Below, one piece after another: positions 62,362 to 64,000 of a stretch of DNA of 64,000 nucleotides; position 1 is the first letter of the stretch; the number at the start of each line of letters is the position of its first letter. The stretch covers positions 558,001-622,000 of the forward strand of contig CBFFRQ010000032.1 of NCBI GenBank assembly GCA_965644315.1. Reading direction: 5' to 3'. A model generated the notes under the pieces. It worked only from the letters and a program-made list of their open reading frames with translations. It had not been told where the DNA came from and made no database searches. Both the position numbers and the translations under genes were made by a program. The stretch is from Caecitellus pseudoparvulus. Its lineage: Eukaryota; Protista; Bigyra: Bicosoecida.

Positions 62362-64000
62362 TCAGCTGTGCTGACGGGTGGCGGGCAGTGTGTACTTGAC
62401 AGTGGGCACTTCCACCTCTGCCTCCGCTTCGTCCACGGCAATCACCATCAACTCCAATTCCGTGACGTCAGGAGACATTGCCTCACCGGTGACGCTCTCC
62501 ACCAATGCAGCAACTTCCATGCACGCCTTCTCTGCCAGACGCGCAGGCGTGTGCATCATATCCGAGTACAAGCACGCCACTCCCACATTCACCATGCTCA
62601 CCGTCAAGCCGAATGTGCTCTCCACGCGCTGCACGATGTCACCCAGCGTCGCTGGGCCGGGCACTCGAATAACGTCCCACAGAGTCCAGCCCCACACACG
62701 CTCCTTGGTGGTGTCGGCGAGCACTCCCGTGGCCCCGGGCGGCACAAACGGAACGCCAGCTGGTAGTGCGGTCTCTGTGACCGGGCAAGGCATGGGCTCT
62801 GCCAACATGGACACTGGTAGGGCCATGTTCATGAACAAGCTGCGAAACGCAGCCACATCCCGGATGCCACGGGTCCACTTGAGTGCCTCCACGGCTGCCA
62901 TGCCGGCGACGACGGCAGTTGTGGTTGCGACGGCGGGGACGATGTTGCCAGCGATGCGCCGACTGGTGGGGAGGTCCACGGCAGGGATGGAGTAGTTCGC
63001 AGCTCTCAGGTTGGCAGCGCTGGCGACAGCGGCCATCATGTCGTCGTCGTCCTTGTCAAAGTGCAGGGGGTGCAGGTTCGTCTGCACCGCTGCGGGCGGG
63101 GGCAGGGCTGCCACGACAGCGTCAACCTGTGCTTGCACGCTGCCGCTAGCAGCCGCAACTTCGGCCGCTGCCACCTGCTGTGCTAACTCCGAGTCGTCGG
63201 CTGCAATGGCCATATCGGCGTCAGGGGTGAAGTCTGGCACGTCCACATCGTGCACAGCAGAAGCCACGAAGTCTGCAGTCAAGGTAGCCCAGTCGATACC
63301 CCTGCACTTGGCAAACATGCGTGCCACGTGCAGGACAAATGCCACGTGGCTTGCATCTGAGACTGAGAACTCCAGTGGGTGGGGCAGGCGCTTCTGACCA
63401 GACCAGAAGGGGACCCCGTGCTCGCTCACATGTGAGGCTGGATAGGTCGTCAGCAGCTGGCGGATGGAGTTGCAGAACAGCTCTTCGAAGCAGCGCCGGG
63501 CCGCAGCCACACAGTCAAGAGGGGATTGCATGGTGGCACTCAACACACGCTGCACTTCTTGAACCGTGTGCAAGCGCGAGCTACTGGGCAGGGAGGAAAG
63601 GAAGGCGGACGGCCCTGATAGATATTGCTGCGTGCTGGTTACGCTGGCTGTGAAGGCGCCGTGGAACCAGTCTTGTGCCCACTGCACCGTGTGCTCGATG
63701 CGGTAGGGGAAATTTTTCAGTGTGCACACAGGGAAGGAGGCTTGGGGTGGGTCGTGGGTCGCGGCCCAGTTCAACGTGAGGTGCGGCAGCACCGGCTGTG
63801 TGCTGCCCATGCTGCCGACGGTGCCCGAGTCAAACATGGGCAGGCAGTGCTGAACACACTTGCAGTCCACGTAGGTGCGGGCAGGGACATTGTCCAGCGC
63901 AGGAATGACCAGGTCCAGCGCTCCCCAAAATGTGTCCGTGAATGGCCCATCGCTGTCGCCGCCCACTGCCTCGCTGAGCGCCGTCACTTTGCCTGTCAAG
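62362..64000 (-). CDS. Ubiquitin-activating enzyme E1 (UBA1-like), C-terminal part (5' end outside window)
   Basis: ALDNVPARTYVD, catalytic PVCTLKNFP, EHTVQWA, PFWSGQKRLP, FDKDDD, NLRAANYSI, IAGNIVPAVATTTA, UFD WTLWD. Confidence 0.9.
   Translation of the reverse strand, partial: LTGKVTALSEAVGGDSDGPFTDTFWGALDLVIPALDNVPARTYVDCKCVQHCLPMFDSGTVGSMGSTQPVLPHLTLNWAATHDPPQASFPVCTLKNFPYRIEHTVQWAQDWFHGAFTASVTSTQQYLSGPSAFLSSLPSSSRLHTVQEVQRVLSATMQSPLDCVAAARRCFEELFCNSIRQLLTTYPASHVSEHGVPFWSGQKRLPHPLEFSVSDASHVAFVLHVARMFAKCRGIDWATLTADFVASAVHDVDVPDFTPDADMAIAADDSELAQQVAAAEVAAASGSVQAQVDAVVAALPPPAAVQTNLHPLHFDKDDDDMMAAVASAANLRAANYSIPAVDLPTSRRIAGNIVPAVATTTAVVAGMAAVEALKWTRGIRDVAAFRSLFMNMALPVSMLAEPMPCPVTETALPAGVPFVPPGATGVLADTTKERVWGWTLWDVIRVPGPATLGDIVQRVESTFGLTVSMVNVGVACLYSDMMHTPARLAEKACMEVAALVESVTGEAMSPDVTELELMVIAVDEAEAEVEVPTVKYTLPATRQHS

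Noticed and set aside
1-64000. Functional cluster of ubiquitin-proteasome genes (RPT6, AAA ATPase, PEX2, PUB protein, E1)
   Set aside because: The genes are dispersed on both strands among unrelated genes; co-occurrence is plausible by chance in a compact genome

Overview
GC-rich, very gene-dense eukaryotic nuclear DNA with about 29 protein-coding genes. Short GT-AG introns (22 reconstructed, 61-88 bp) explain most split ORFs in the ORF track. MORN, EF-hand and coiled-coil genes, compact intergenic spaces and tiny introns suggest a flagellated protist, possibly a heterotrophic stramenopile such as a bicosoecid (inference only). Recognisable genes: RPT6, glucosidase II beta-like, an SRSF3/7-type RRM protein, GNAT, kelch, RPS20, METTL6, an AAA ATPase, APEH, CstF-77, a two-repeat Myb, PEX2, mitochondrial bL9, a MORN protein and a UBA1-like E1. 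Lineage-specific content: an ankyrin cluster at 5.9-11.4 kb and five coding minisatellites. Most notable observations: (1) the hexamer AATGCA lies just 3' of 13 stop codons and is palindromic (AATGCATT) between two convergent gene pairs, a candidate non-canonical, bidirectional poly(A) signal; (2) a PUB-Clu-TPR fusion protein; (3) a shared W-x-RRR C-terminal motif on unrelated ankyrin proteins; (4) a secreted GH-like/FGE-domain protein; (5) dually acylated disordered proteins. No RNA genes, transposons or CRISPR arrays were recognised.
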